Assembly: GCF_011745625.1 (NCBI RefSeq) | Contig: NW_027191458.1 | Location: 558,001 to 622,000 of the forward strand | Length of the DNA: 64,000 bases | Direction of reading: 5' to 3' | Origin: Cladosporium halotolerans | Lineage: Eukaryota | Shown: positions 10,779 to 22,699 of the stretch, piece by piece | How the letters are laid out: every line of letters starts with the position of its first letter | How positions within the stretch are numbered: position 1 is the stretch's first letter | Notes under the pieces: generated by a model | Database searches by the model: none | What the model saw: only the letters and a program-made list of their open reading frames with translations | Told to the model about the DNA's origin: nothing | Translations under genes and position numbers: made by a program

Positions 10779-12308
10779 TCACACCCGCCTCCCTCCTCCG
10801 CCTCCTCCACTACCCTCCTGACCAGCTCTAACCCCAGCCCGCTCCATGAACCCGCTAAACGTCGTCATCCGCTTGCCATCATCATCTCCTATCCGCCCCG
10901 CAAACAGACCTTGCTCGTACGCTCGCGCAGCCGGCTCTCCACGCCTGGCTTGCGCGATTGGCACGCGCGTGGGCGTGTGGTGCGAGCGAATCGGCTCCGG
11001 ATAGAGCGGCGAGGACCGAGACGTGTCCCAGGTCGAAGGCGAGGTGAGGTGGATAGGCGGAGGCGCTTTGCGCTGGTCGGGCGTGTGGGTTTGCTGCTTG
11101 GCGCGCGGTAGCAGGACTTGGATTGTTTCTGTCGTCGTGCTGGGCTGCGTGGTGGGATGGGGTTGGCTGGGAGGTGCTGCTGTTGCGGCTGCATCCCTTT
11201 CGCGTCTGAGCGAGTGGGACGATTTCTTTGAGCGCAGGGCGCGGATCGGGGCGATGGTGTAGGCGTGCGTGAGGGTGCCGCGCTTGAGGTGTGGTGGGAA
11301 GTGGGTTGGGAGGGGCGTTGGGGGTGTTTGGAAGATGGAGGAGCGGGAGAGGAAGGTGCGAGGTTTTTGTGTGCGAGATGGTGTTGCTGGGCCTGATATC
11401 GTGGCCGTGTAGCCTGCGTTGCTGTTTAAAGGGTCGATCGGGCGGGGAGGCGATGGGGTCCCACGGACAAAGTCTGTTCGGTGTGTGCTTGACGGATCAG
11501 AGACTGGTTCGGATATTGAACGAGTGTGCATTGGTGGTCGGTCTGGGTCGGCGCTTAGGCTGGTGAGTTGGTCGGCGGTGGAGAAGTGCTTTTCGCTGTC
11601 GAAATCGTAACGTCTTCTCTTTCGTCGACTGAGGCACCACATAAGGAGCGCAAAAGCTGTGATGCCGAGCAATATTCCTGGAAGAAAGCCAGCGACAAAA
11701 CTTGTGCCAGAGAAATCATTTGAAGACTGCCGCTGGACTCCATCATTGATCGGTATCCCATCGATCGAATCAGAGGTATTCGGGGCGCTTGAGGCTGGGG
11801 AAGTTGTCGCAGAGCTCGTCGCTGATGCCTCGCTTGTGGGAGTTGCTCTTGACGCGGAGCTCGTCAATGCTGGTTTTGTCGATGTAACAGGCGCTGCGGT
11901 TTTAATTTCGCACACTCCGCTATGACAAATCGCCCCAACAGGACAGCATGAATCTCCGCATTGCTCAAGAGGAATGGTCGGATCCGAATGAAGCTGATTC
12001 GTAGGGGATATTGTTGCGTTCTGGGCCGTCTGATCGCAGTTAATAGGCGACACGAACTTGCAGTCCTGACCAGCAGGGCAGCAAAGAACGACCAAGCCAG
12101 TTGACTCAAGCTGCAAGCACGTCGCAGATGCTGGACAGCAAAAGTCATCCGGGGAAGGCGTACCGCACTGGTGCAAGTCGACGTTGTTGCCGCACATGGA
12201 GGATGCTCTCTGGGTGAGGTGTGATGTAGATGGCCTGGTTGACGTTGCTTTCGAAGATTGGAATTGGGAAAGTAGAAAGATGACCGCGTTCATGGAAACG
12301 AGCGCCAT
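10779..12308 (-). CDS. Type I membrane protein: signal peptide, Cys-rich CCP module, Ser/Thr stalk, one TM helix, cytoplasmic tail (surface-sensor-like)
   Basis: MALVSMNAVIFLL; CCPASATC, CCPAGQDC, CCPVGAIC; TM FVAGFLPGILLGITAFALLMWCL then RRKRRR. Start codon inferred. Confidence 0.75.
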   Translation of the reverse strand: MALVSMNAVIFLLSQFQSSKATSTRPSTSHLTQRASSMCGNNVDLHQCGTPSPDDFCCPASATCLQLESTGLVVLCCPAGQDCKFVSPINCDQTAQNATISPTNQLHSDPTIPLEQCGDSCCPVGAICHSGVCEIKTAAPVTSTKPALTSSASRATPTSEASATSSATTSPASSAPNTSDSIDGIPINDGVQRQSSNDFSGTSFVAGFLPGILLGITAFALLMWCLSRRKRRRYDFDSEKHFSTADQLTSLSADPDRPPMHTRSISEPVSDPSSTHRTDFVRGTPSPPRPIDPLNSNAGYTATISGPATPSRTQKPRTFLSRSSIFQTPPTPLPTHFPPHLKRGTLTHAYTIAPIRALRSKKSSHSLRRERDAAATAAPPSQPHPTTQPSTTTETIQVLLPRAKQQTHTPDQRKAPPPIHLTSPSTWDTSRSSPLYPEPIRSHHTPTRVPIAQARRGEPAARAYEQGLFAGRIGDDDGKRMTTFSGFMERAGVRAGQEGSGGGGGGRRV

Positions 12309-12908
12309 GATATGTCGTGTGGTGTTACGCAGCGTTGTTGAATGATTGAATGGATACGCAGGATACAGTCCTTGAAGATTGCAGTGAGACCGTCGCACAT
12401 CTGCTCAAGACAAACAAAGAAGAGATTTGAGACAGGCACGGTGGATGGCAAGGTGCGAGATCTAGAGGAAACATGGAATGACTCTATTTCCCTACCAGTT
12501 TGGGCGACCGTAGACGAGGCCCACGTCGTCTGTAATGTCGGGCACGCATCGCGATGGACAGGCTGCTGCAAGCGCTGTAGCAAAGCGCGTGACCTCATCG
12601 CGTCGTGCGCTATATCGACTCGCGAGAATGCCTGACATCGTAGCAGCTTTGAAGACAGTGCAGACGGAGCAGCATGAGACGAGGTTAGCCGCCGTGTTTC
12701 AGCAAGTCGACGTCTAGGTGAGAAGTGAGGTGTGGTTGGTCGGAGAGCCATGACAGCCAGAAGCAGCATTCATGGACTGAAGTGTGCAGCCGTGCTCAAA
12801 ATTACCGCCAGGCGGCGGCGTCTTCGGGGGTTCTGTATCGCGATGGGGGATTTGCTGGGCGACACAGGAACGTAGACGAGGTTTATTACTGCCCTGCACA
12901 CATCCACC

Positions 12909-13911
12909 ATGAACACCAGAAGAATAGCACGCCCATTGGGCGCTTTTGCCAAGCAATGGGCTCGCCCTTCATACGTACGTACATATTCTTTGCGACAGTC
13001 GCGAGAAACATTTACTGACACCAGAACCTTTCTAGACCCGCGCCTCCATCTCACAGCAAATACAACACCGAGCATTCTCCCGCACTGCCCGCCGAAACGA
13101 CGGGAACCAGCGTCCGCTGCCCGAGCTTACACACGCAGAGTCATTTGCAAAGGATGGTGTGGCCGGTCTGTTCAGCACGACGGGCTACCAGCTTGGATGG
13201 ATCACGTACCAAGAAATGATGCTGCAGAAGCTCGACGAGTTACTGGCCGGCGAGCCTGACGAGAAGGAGGACATCAAGAACTTGGTGCTCAAGTACGCGC
13301 GCGACCCGCAGAACGCCTCCGTCTTCAACCACGCCAGCTCGGCGTGGAACAACCACTTCTTCTACCAGGGCATGGCGCCCAACCCGCAACCGCTCAACCG
13401 CTACAAGAACATCGAGAACGGGCTGATCGGCTCCTTCGGCTCAATCGACACCCTGCGCACCACCATGCTCGACACCGCGGCCTCCATGTTCGGCCCGGGC
13501 TACGTCTGGCTCGTCTACTTGCCCAACATCCCCGGCCGCGAGAAGGGCGGCTACCGCATCCTGACCACCTACGCCGCCGGCACGCCCTTCCCCGAGGCCG
13601 GCCACCGCGAGCAGCGCATCGACGCCAACAACCACACGCCCGAGTCCTACAGCGCCTACCAAAACTCCGTCGGCGCCTTCGGCCGCTCCAGCGCCGCCGC
13701 CCGCAAGGCGGCCAAGATCCCGCCCGGCGGCACCGCCGCCGTCCCCGTCCTGTGCGTCAGCACCTGGGAGCACTCGTACATCTACGACTTCGGCTTGACC
13801 GGCAAGCGCAAGTACCTCGCCGACTGGTGGGACACGATCGACTGGTACCGCGTGGAGCAGCGCGTGCCTGAGCAGGCGAAGTCGGAGGCCATGAGGGCCA
13901 GCTTGCACTAG
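12909..13911 (+). CDS. Fe/Mn-SOD-fold mitochondrial small ribosomal subunit protein (mS42/mS43, Rsm26/Mrp1-like); intron 12975-13035
   Basis: Arg-rich presequence MNTRRIARPL...RAFSRT; SOD-like AWNNHFFY, FGPGYVWLV and LCVSTWEHSY, with the metal-ligand Asp replaced by Ser. Confidence 0.8.
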
Positions 13912-16119
13912 AGGGCTGAAGAGGTTGAGGGGAGAAAAAGGAACGCGGTTAGTAGCCCTTTCGTGAGGCTTTGATCAGGTCTGAGCCGGCGAAAGCTTGG
14001 ACGAGGACAGAACTCGCACGCAGAAGAGCATCGTCCACCGCCCGGCATCGGGTTTCAGGCCATTGGCGACAGCATGGGAGCCATCGGGCGCAGGAGTTGG
14101 AAGAGGAGCAAAAGTCTGCGGCCAAAAGAGTTGGCTGTGTACGATTACATTACAAGCATTTGTAGAGGCAATCAACTGTAGCATATACTGTTCACATTCG
14201 ATGGAAGCGTGCAACGCTTGTCCGAAAGATTGCAGAAACCCCCCGTGCTGATGAGCGAGAAAGCCACTAATTACGAAACCCTGTATTCTCTGATCGTAGT
14301 CAGGCTGCTATCCTCCGCAGCTCCGCTCTAGACTTCCAGAACTGATCAATCGCTCGGAAACGTTTCTCCTGCAAACTTCTGGATATGCGGCGGGTTCCAA
14401 AGACATCACTCGAAGTCAGCTTTGCTCCGATTCGCTGCAATGACAAGTCACGAAGTACCCATGGGCAACTACCGTGGAAGCTCACGCAACCGTACGTACC
14501 TGATGTACATTCTATCATCCGACAGGAGAACAACTCGGGGAACGGTCCGTCGCCCCTCAGCCCACGCCTCACGCCCACGGTGCGAATTCCCACTGCCATG
14601 GCTTCGCACACTATAAAACACACGCTGTAAGATGAGGCGGTCAAGATGACGGCGTGCACTGCGCCCAGAAAACTCAGTACCTGCAGGCTTATCGCGAGGA
14701 ACTCAGTGGCCCGCAGCCGCTCAATGGCATGCTGTGTAGGGAGCTAGCTCTACAGGACGACACTCCTTGGTTGGCAGCTAGCTATAGCTGTGCATAGCTC
14801 GGAGGCTCTCATCAGGCAATCCCTTACCATTCCCAAGACAGGCAAGCATTCCAGGCCTTGCCAGCCAGCGCAAATCGTCATCGCAGGCCCCGACACGGCT
14901 CGGCACACTCCAGCCAGCGACGGCCCGAAAAGCAGAAGGATCAACGACAGCGGACGGCAGGGCGAGGCGAGGCCTGCGGCCCTGCGAGTGAGTGGACTCG
15001 CTTGACGAAAGGGTACCTGCGTGGGGTTCTATCAAACTGCAACCGCGGTCACGAGACCCAAGGCGGCTGCTGAGTTGCCGCGCCGATCAGCGTGTTGTGG
15101 GTGTGCTGATACGGGGCCGCGACAGTGGCTGCTCTGTACAGTAATACTTTCGTCTAAACGAGCCTTTGAGCTGTCGAGCGCGGGCGGGAGAATTCTGGGT
15201 TCGGGACCCTGCGCGCCACTAGAGTAGGCCCAAGTGTGGGGTGGTTTCTGCTGCTGCGGCTCCTGGGGGACGGAGCTGTGGATGTGGGCGGTGGAGGAGG
15301 ACGCGCGGGCGGGTGTGATGTGCAGACGAGGAGGCCTGGCGGAGAGTGGGTTCGCGATGGGGTGGTGGATGCACGTGGGAGATCTCGCGGCTCGCTTGAT
15401 GCACTCGCGCCGAGGCGCTCCGCTGGGCGTGGATGCTGGCCATGGTGTGTACCGTACAGTGTGTGTGTAGTGTGCTTGGGGGTTTGCAGCGTCGCTCGCG
15501 TCCTGCCGCCGCGCAGGGGTGGTCAGGCATTCGACGCAGGCCATTGGCGCACGTGACGCTGCGATCGAGGTACGTAGCTGCGAACAAAGGCTGGTGCTGC
15601 TGGTGCTGCTGGTGCCGTGTGGTGCTTGGGCGCTGCAGATAAAGGGCGGCTGCCCTACCCCGCAAAGCTTCGTCGGGTTTGGGCGAGACAGGCAACAGAT
15701 CGACGGCCCTCGCCTGCATCTCGCTCTCACCACACTTTCTGCTTCTCCTAATCCTTCTTCTTCCTTCTCGTCACACTTCATTTCCTTCCCTTCCATTTCC
15801 AGTCCCATTCTCAGCCTCACCAACGACGCGCCCGCTTGAACGACATCCACCGACCGATCCCACCGACATCCCACCGTCCCGCCATCTCGGTGACGTAGAC
15901 GAAACATCCCGCCCAAAACGTCAGCCCTTGCGTCTTCGCCTGGTCTGCATACCACACCTCGACACCACACACGCACCAGCTAGGGGGTACATACTGGCTC
16001 CTGTTGGCCTCTGGTCGACATCAGCCGAGACACCGCTTCTCTGACAGCGAATTCCGCATTCGCTTCCCGCACAAACGCCGCCCCTTCCATCCGCCTTCAT
16101 CCGCTCACCCGTGCTCACA

Positions 16120-17073
16120 ATGGCCGACGAACCCACCTCCACCTCTCAGTCCCCACCACGCACCAGACGCAGCTCTTTCGCTGGCCAGACATTTGCCGAC
16201 ATCTTCGGTGGAAGCGGCCGTCAGTCGGGTTCTGCACCCCGTAATGTCCCTTCCAACAACGGAGACGCCCAGCAGGGCCAGTACCCCGGACCCATCACCA
16301 CTGCTGCTGCCCAGGCCCAGCGGAGACGCATGTCGTTGACCACGCTGGGGCTGTCTGGATCCCCAACCGCCCAATCCCCTTTCAGTTCTATGCGTGGCCG
16401 CCGTGAGAGTTTCAGCTCCGCGAACAGCGGCAGCATCGACGAGTCCGCCATCGAAGACGAGTTTGCCTCGCGCGACCAGCCCACGACCCCGTTCGCCCGC
16501 CGAATGAGCTTCGGCGCCCGCGCCATGCGTGATATCAGATCCTCCACCGGCGGCAGTGGCGGAGGTGGCGATGGAAGCCCTCCCGCAAATGGTAGATCCT
16601 TTCCGCCCCCTGCACCTTCGTCGCAGCACGCGCGCCAGCTGTCTACTTCCATACCATCATCCAACGGGACAATCTCTTCCCGCGACAACCAGGGTCGAGG
16701 TTTGTCTTCGCTGCCTGACACTGAACCACCCTCCTCCTCCTTGCTCCCCTCATCCGCTCCCTCCCGCACCTCGTTCAGTATCCCGTTTAGCAATAGACGG
16801 CTGACCATAGCATCTTCTGCCACAGGCGAAGGCTTCAACTGGTCCGAGAACCTGCGCTCCCGCGCCGAGCGCACCACGTCCATCAGCGGCGCCTCGGGCG
16901 GCGGCGGCGGTGGCGGTGTTGGATTGCCGCTGGGTTCCAACAACCACGCCCGTGCCAAGAGCGTCGCCACCATGGAGGCTCCGGTGCGCGAGATTCCGGC
17001 CCAGCCGAAGGTCAGCAAGAAGCCGGACCACTTCCAGGAGCGGATCTTGAAGGGCGACTTTTACATGGATTGA
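16120..17073 (+). CDS. Ser/Gly-rich disordered protein of unknown function; probable intron 16700-16825
   Basis: Good start context (cacaATGg), coding-like codon usage, C-terminus KPDHFQERILKGDFYMD; intron GTTTGT...CTGAC...CAG. Confidence 0.75.
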   Translation: MADEPTSTSQSPPRTRRSSFAGQTFADIFGGSGRQSGSAPRNVPSNNGDAQQGQYPGPITTAAAQAQRRRMSLTTLGLSGSPTAQSPFSSMRGRRESFSSANSGSIDESAIEDEFASRDQPTTPFARRMSFGARAMRDIRSSTGGSGGGGDGSPPANGRSFPPPAPSSQHARQLSTSIPSSNGTISSRDNQGRGLSSLPDTEPPSSSLLPSSAPSRTSFSIPFSNRRLTIASSATGEGFNWSENLRSRAERTTSISGASGGGGGGGVGLPLGSNNHARAKSVATMEAPVREIPAQPKVSKKPDHFQERILKGDFYMD

Positions 17074-18253
17074 TTGGATCGACGCTGTACGATTGGAGAA
17101 GAAAGCATCGAATCTGGATGGCGAGAAGTCGTCCCCGCAACCATCTCTCTCAGCTACAATCTGGCTCTTCGTACCGGAGTTTCAGGCGCCGTCGGCGTGG
17201 CAGCGATTCGGCCTCGAGAAACAGCTACCCGGAAAAAAGCAACCTCCATCCCAGCACCTCGGCAAAAACCAGCGGAACCTTCAAACTTCATCACTCGTTT
17301 CCTCTCGTCATCATCATTATCATCATTACCATTGCTGCAACACAGCACATCACAGCACAACAGACACGACGTTCACGACCAGCAGGCAAAGCACGCTACA
17401 GGGCAGATCGTGCAGGAGTTTTTTTTCTTTTTTCTTTTCTTCTTCTAGTATCGGCTATTCCCCCCTTTTCTATTTTTCCTCTCAACCAATGAATGACAGC
17501 ATGGCAATTGTCCCCAGTTTCGATTCCATTTGTCCGTTCGTTCCATTTCATTTCTCCATTCTCAAACAGGATTTCAAACAAACTTTCGCTTCATCATCTC
17601 ATCAGATGCACCACGCGACACAGCAGGGCTTCAGACATGTTCCTAGAAGGCGACACGTGAGGAAACAGGCAGAGCTTCGGGGCGTGAAGAGAGGGGAGAA
17701 TTCAGACTGCTAAATGCTGCTGGCTGCCTTATTAGATTGACTGACTGACTGACCGACTCACTGGGCTGAGATGGAAGAGCCGGGTGCAGGGAAGGAAGGA
17801 AACGGCATTGCTAAGGGAGTGGAGTGTCGCGTCTTGAGATTTCTGACGGAGGATAGGGGACATATGGGACCAGAATGAGAAAGCGACGGGGGATGGAAGG
17901 TTTTGAAATGAGTTAATGACGATTCTTTCTTTCTTTTCTCATTTTCGAACCTTTTTTTTTTCTCGTTCTTGACTTCGAGGTCTCTTTCGAGTGCCTGTTT
18001 TTCTTTTCCGTTCTCATCGCGGCTTCTTGGATGACGCTCTGGTGGGCAGGTAAACGCTGAGCAAGAGGGGACTGAGAATACGTTCGTTGGCTGGCTGGTC
18101 CAGCGTTGAGCAGTACTTCGAAGGATATATTATCGTGCGGAAACACAGTGCAGCCCTAGCCTAGCCCAATGCACCACTTCAAAAACCCGCACGTGCACAC
18201 GTCCCTTCCAAAACCCCCCCCAATCGATCTGCGCCAACACCCCAGAACTGCCA

Positions 18254-20683
18254 TCACCCAAAAAACTCCCCCTCAACCAACCCCTCCCAGCTCCCCCCCG
18301 TCTCCCAAACCCTATGCATCAGCCTCCTCGCCCGCCGCACGTGACACATGCCCCAGCCCTCGACGCCCTCCAGCCTCTCGCTGAAAACCCGCCTGTCCGC
18401 CTCGCTGCGCGCCTCGCAGCCCGCCGTGAACATCGCGAACAGCAGGCAGCTCTCGGCGCTGCTGCCGCGGCGCACGCGCGCCAGGTTGCCCAGGATCGCG
18501 CGCACCCAGTGCTGGATCTGCGGGTGCGCGTGCGGGAGGTTGAGCACGCGGCGCGCGAGGTGGATCTGGCCCGCCCAGTGGGAGGCTTCGTTGGTGGCGA
18601 AGATCTCGGCGCTGTCCGGGTCGGAGTCCGGGTGGTGGGCGCAGCCGCGGAAGACGCAGGTGGCGGAGGCGGAGAGGCGTTTCTGCAGGTCGAGGGCTTG
18701 CCGGCGGACGGGGTCGGAGGGCTGCCAGTCTTCGCGGGGTTGGCGGGTGGCGGGGTCGATGCGGGCTTCGTGGCAGGCGGCGGCGAGTTCGGCGACGGCG
18801 GCGAGGAGCGCGATGCAGCGGCCGGAGAAGCCGAAGAAGCAGTCGATCTGGAAGATTTCGTCGTCGTCGCGGTTCACGAGCCAGAGGCCGCCGCCGTCCT
18901 CGAGGTAGGCGCCGTAGAGGGGCTGGTCGTGGCGGGAGCCGGAGAGGCTGCCGAGGACGTCGAGGTAGGCGAACCAGCGGGACAGGAAGAAGATGGCTTT
19001 GTCGCGGGCGCCGTTGGCTTTTTGGGCTAGGTGGTGCAGGCCGCCGGTCGCGACGATGAGTTGGCGTGCCACGTGCAGGTGGTTCTGCCATGAGATGGGC
19101 ACGGCGAAGGTGTCGGGGGAGATGATTTCGAGGGAGGCGAGCATGATTGCTGTGGCGAGGGGGGCGAGGGAGGATGGGTCTGCGGGGTCCGAGACGACTT
19201 GCGAGGTTGGTTCGCTGAGTGCTTGTCGCAGGGCAGGTAGGACGTCGGACATCCATTCTGCGATTCTGTTGGCGGGTTCGGAGTGGCTGAGTAGGCGTGC
19301 GCGGTGAGATGCTGAGAAGGCTAGCATCAAGTGGAGCAGGTGATTGTTCCGGACTGCCATTTGCGGTAGGACACCACGAAGCGGGTTTTCTGAGCAGTCG
19401 TGGGGTACCATTATTCGAGCAGTGTGGTTCAAGAAATGGTGGAAGTACAGCATGTTGATTGGGTTGTCGGTCAACTCTCGCGGCAGAGGCTCCAGAGATC
19501 TTGGTATCTTGATAGGCACAGGCTGGGCATAGTATCCTCCAGGCTCAAAGGCGATCTGTCTGGGATCTGGCTCGCCATCGGAAGTACTGACCTCAGAGAC
19601 GGCAGTGCTGGCCCTGCGTAGATCGGGTGAGCGTGGTCCGATTGCGGCATAGTCATTGTTTCGTGGGATGTCCAAATCGGGAAGGCCGTGGTCATATCCG
19701 TATGTTCGATACCTGCGGCCGCTGTCTGTGCTTGATCTGGTGGTATCGGTGACATCAGAGGGATCCGACAAGAGCGACTTGACCGACAATCTACGCAACT
19801 CAGGTGGCTCGTGATGTGCAGAGGATGGCGCTGGACCAGGGTGTGGGGATCCGGAGTTGATACTCGATCCAGGCGTTGCGGGCGTATTTACTATGCTGTT
19901 GATGCTGTGAGGGGTGAAATAGTTGGATCCTGGGGTGTGCTCGGCTTGAGCTGGGTACTGAGGCACGGCGAAGATAGGACTTGGTTGGCTTGCGATCGGG
20001 CTGGTCTTCGGACTCAGTCTCGCTCGCTTGGAGCGGTGTTGAGATGACCAGCTAAAATCATGGTGGGCAGAAGCTGAAGGCGATTGCTCAACTTGACCAG
20101 GATCCAGAATAGCACCAAAGTGTGACAAAGATGGCAGCTGGTTGTCGCTTTGCGATCGCTGCTCGCCAAGACTCACCGCGGGTCGTTGTATCTGATGTTG
20201 AGTATGCTGCTGTTGACTGTTGTTGATGTTGGCAAAGTGAAGCCTTGGGTCCAGAGGCGCACCAGGCGCACCAGGCGCATCCCCTGTGGAAGTGAGGCTT
20301 GGTGCTTGAGGGAAAGAATTGCGGCCATGGTTGCTCGGCACCCGCTGGTGTCCTCCGGGCGCAGATGTCACAATGCGCTGGGCGGAAAAGACATGTTCGT
20401 GTCCAGCAGCACTCGGTGGGCTCCTCACAGCGGCCGCGGAAGGGTTCGGCGTAGCGACAAAGGTGAAGCCGCCAGAATCCGCGCCGTTCGCATCCTTGTC
20501 CTTGCGCGATCTGCCTCCCCAGTTCAGACGGATGGAGTAATCGCACGTCTCACCCGCCTTGACGCAGTTCTGACAGGCAGGCTTTTCCTCGCCGCATTTG
20601 ACCTTTCGCGCCTTGCAAGGCCAGCAACCAGTGCGACTGCGCTTCTTGGGCTCCCCAGCGCCCTCCTTCTTGGGTCGCGGCAT
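18254..20683 (-). CDS. Zn(II)2Cys6 transcription factor with C-terminal fungal-specific TF domain (Fungal_trans_2-like)
   Basis: RSRTGCWPCKARKVKCGEEKPACQNCVKAGETCDY binuclear cluster; LYFHHFLNHTAR, WFAYLDVLGSL and FTAGCEA motifs. Confidence 0.92.
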   Translation of the reverse strand: MPRPKKEGAGEPKKRSRTGCWPCKARKVKCGEEKPACQNCVKAGETCDYSIRLNWGGRSRKDKDANGADSGGFTFVATPNPSAAAVRSPPSAAGHEHVFSAQRIVTSAPGGHQRVPSNHGRNSFPQAPSLTSTGDAPGAPGAPLDPRLHFANINNSQQQHTQHQIQRPAVSLGEQRSQSDNQLPSLSHFGAILDPGQVEQSPSASAHHDFSWSSQHRSKRARLSPKTSPIASQPSPIFAVPQYPAQAEHTPGSNYFTPHSINSIVNTPATPGSSINSGSPHPGPAPSSAHHEPPELRRLSVKSLLSDPSDVTDTTRSSTDSGRRYRTYGYDHGLPDLDIPRNNDYAAIGPRSPDLRRASTAVSEVSTSDGEPDPRQIAFEPGGYYAQPVPIKIPRSLEPLPRELTDNPINMLYFHHFLNHTARIMVPHDCSENPLRGVLPQMAVRNNHLLHLMLAFSASHRARLLSHSEPANRIAEWMSDVLPALRQALSEPTSQVVSDPADPSSLAPLATAIMLASLEIISPDTFAVPISWQNHLHVARQLIVATGGLHHLAQKANGARDKAIFFLSRWFAYLDVLGSLSGSRHDQPLYGAYLEDGGGLWLVNRDDDEIFQIDCFFGFSGRCIALLAAVAELAAACHEARIDPATRQPREDWQPSDPVRRQALDLQKRLSASATCVFRGCAHHPDSDPDSAEIFATNEASHWAGQIHLARRVLNLPHAHPQIQHWVRAILGNLARVRRGSSAESCLLFAMFTAGCEARSEADRRVFSERLEGVEGWGMCHVRRARRLMHRVWETGGSWEGLVEGEFFG

Positions 20684-21636
20684 GCTGGTCGCGCGTGCCC
20701 GCCAGTGCCAAGCTCTTATCCTCGATTCCAGGCGTTTCGCTATTCCTCCAGTCCGTGGTATCCAGGCGACTCGTCAGTCCAAGATGATTGTCCAGCGACG
20801 CTTTGCTTGCGCCAGCGCTGGACAAGTCACGACGGCATCGCGTGCGCAGAGTATTTCGCTTATCTCTGACCCGACGCCGGTGGTAGATGTGGATCTGTGA
20901 GAGTATCCGTGCGGAGTGTGGAGGTGGTGTGGGGAGAGCAGTCGGTCCGTGATTGCAGTTGGCACACGCGGTGGTTCATAAGGACAAGACAGGGGACGGA
21001 AACAGAAGCGGTGCTGAGGGAGGTAGATCTACGGTCGGTATGAGGCTTGGCCAGGCGAGGCAGCACGGCGGGACTGGGACAGGTGCGGAGGATGCACTTG
21101 GGCACGGCGAGTCCAGCTGCGGCGATAAGAAGCCACGAGAGCCACGCAGCCACGGCTGTGGTGCGCCGGCCAGCCAGCGACCATCAGCAGTCGCGCGCCG
21201 GACCCTTGCGGGGAGTCGCTGGCTGGGCGATTCGCTTGCCGGCTGCTGCGAGGCCGATCGCTCCACTGCCGACTTCCGTTACGGGCAACCCCTGTACCTG
21301 TGTATGTCTTCTACTACGGACAGCAGTTCTGCTGCTTTCTTTCGCCTCTACACGCTCTGTACCGCTGGCCTGGGGCAATCCCCTGCTGCCACGCCGCATC
21401 CGGTGCCGTGGCGTCGGCGTGCCTCGCTACCGGCACGTGGCATCTGCAGAACGGTGGCATAGCGTGCCAAGACCGCTGACGTCGCGAGGCCTGCGACGAC
21501 CTGATGTCACGGGCCTGACTTTTTGCTGCTGCTCTCTGCCGTGCTCCAGTAAACACCACGTGCGTTTCCATCTGTTGTAGTACTTTCGGTCCCTACTCAT
21601 TCCGTCGTTTCCTCGCATCCCTATCCGGCAGACATA

Positions 21637-22546
21637 ATGGCATCACAAGCAGCTCAAGAGCTGATCCAGCGGCACCCGTTGCAACGCCTAGACTCTCCTT
21701 CAAGAGGTGCCAGCGCTCTGCTTCATGTACCTACCCGATCAACCCCTGCAGTCACAATATCTCTCTGACCATGCACCCAGATAACCGGCCTCGCTTCCTT
21801 CGCATACTCCTTCGCATACCTCGTGCTCAACCCGAACCCAATGTACGTCTCTTCCGCCACCATCCGCTTCAAAACCATCTCTAACCCTCCCACCACAGTA
21901 ACGATTCCTACGGCTGGCACTTCCAATACCTCACCATCATCGGCCTGGCCCTCTCCACTGCAACCTTCGCCTTCGGCCTCCTCGCCGACCTGACCCTCAG
22001 CCGCCGCCTCTTCGCCGTCAAAAACGCCCTCTCCGTCGCCTCCGCCCCCATCGAATGCCTCATCACAATCCTCTACTGGGGCCTGCGCGCAGTAAGCCCC
22101 CATCCCACCACCTTCCTCCCCAAAAACCCAACTCCTAACATCCCCACCAGATCGACACCTCGCTCGTCCTACCCCCCTGGGCGCCCGTCCTCCTGCTCCG
22201 CGACGACCTCTCCTTCCACTTCATGCCGGCCTTCACGCTCACGCTCGACCTCCTCTTCTTCTCACCGCCGTACGCCATCGCAGCGCTGCCCGCGCTCGCC
22301 CTCTCCGGCGCCATCGCCTTCGGTTACTGGTTCTGGATCGAGCAGTGCTTCACGTACAACCAGTTCTACCCGTACCCGATTTTCGACGTCCTCGACACGC
22401 CCGGCCGCGTGGGGCTGTTTGCGGCCAGCGCGGGGCTGATGGCGCTGGCGACGGGGGCGTTGGTTTGGCTTTATGGGGTTGTTAATGGGAGGGTTGATGA
22501 GGGTAGGCTGGGGAAGGAGAGGAGTGGGAATGTTAAGGGGGAGTGA
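21637..22546 (+). CDS. FAR-17a/AIG1-like integral membrane protein; 3 introns
   Basis: Spliced segments RHPLQRL, YGWHFQYLTIIGL, ILYWGL, DLSFHFMPA and FYPYPIF typical of the family. Confidence 0.85.
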
Positions 22547-22699
22547 TGGATTTCCTATTTGACTCGTTGGCTGAGCGGGCAGTGGCGAGGATTCGCAGAG
22601 TCAGGGAAACGCGTGCCCATCTTGTTCTCAATCATGAATTTCCTTTTAGAACACGATGTCCACCGTGTAGATCTATAGATACACCAACTTCTCATGCTT

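Noticed and set aside
13159..13911. Active Fe/Mn superoxide dismutase
   Set aside because: Metal ligands are incomplete; it fits a mitoribosomal SOD-fold protein better.
15032..15976. 314 aa minus-strand ORF
   Set aside because: GTG start, no domain, and antisense to the pyrimidine-rich promoter/5' UTR of the 16120 gene.
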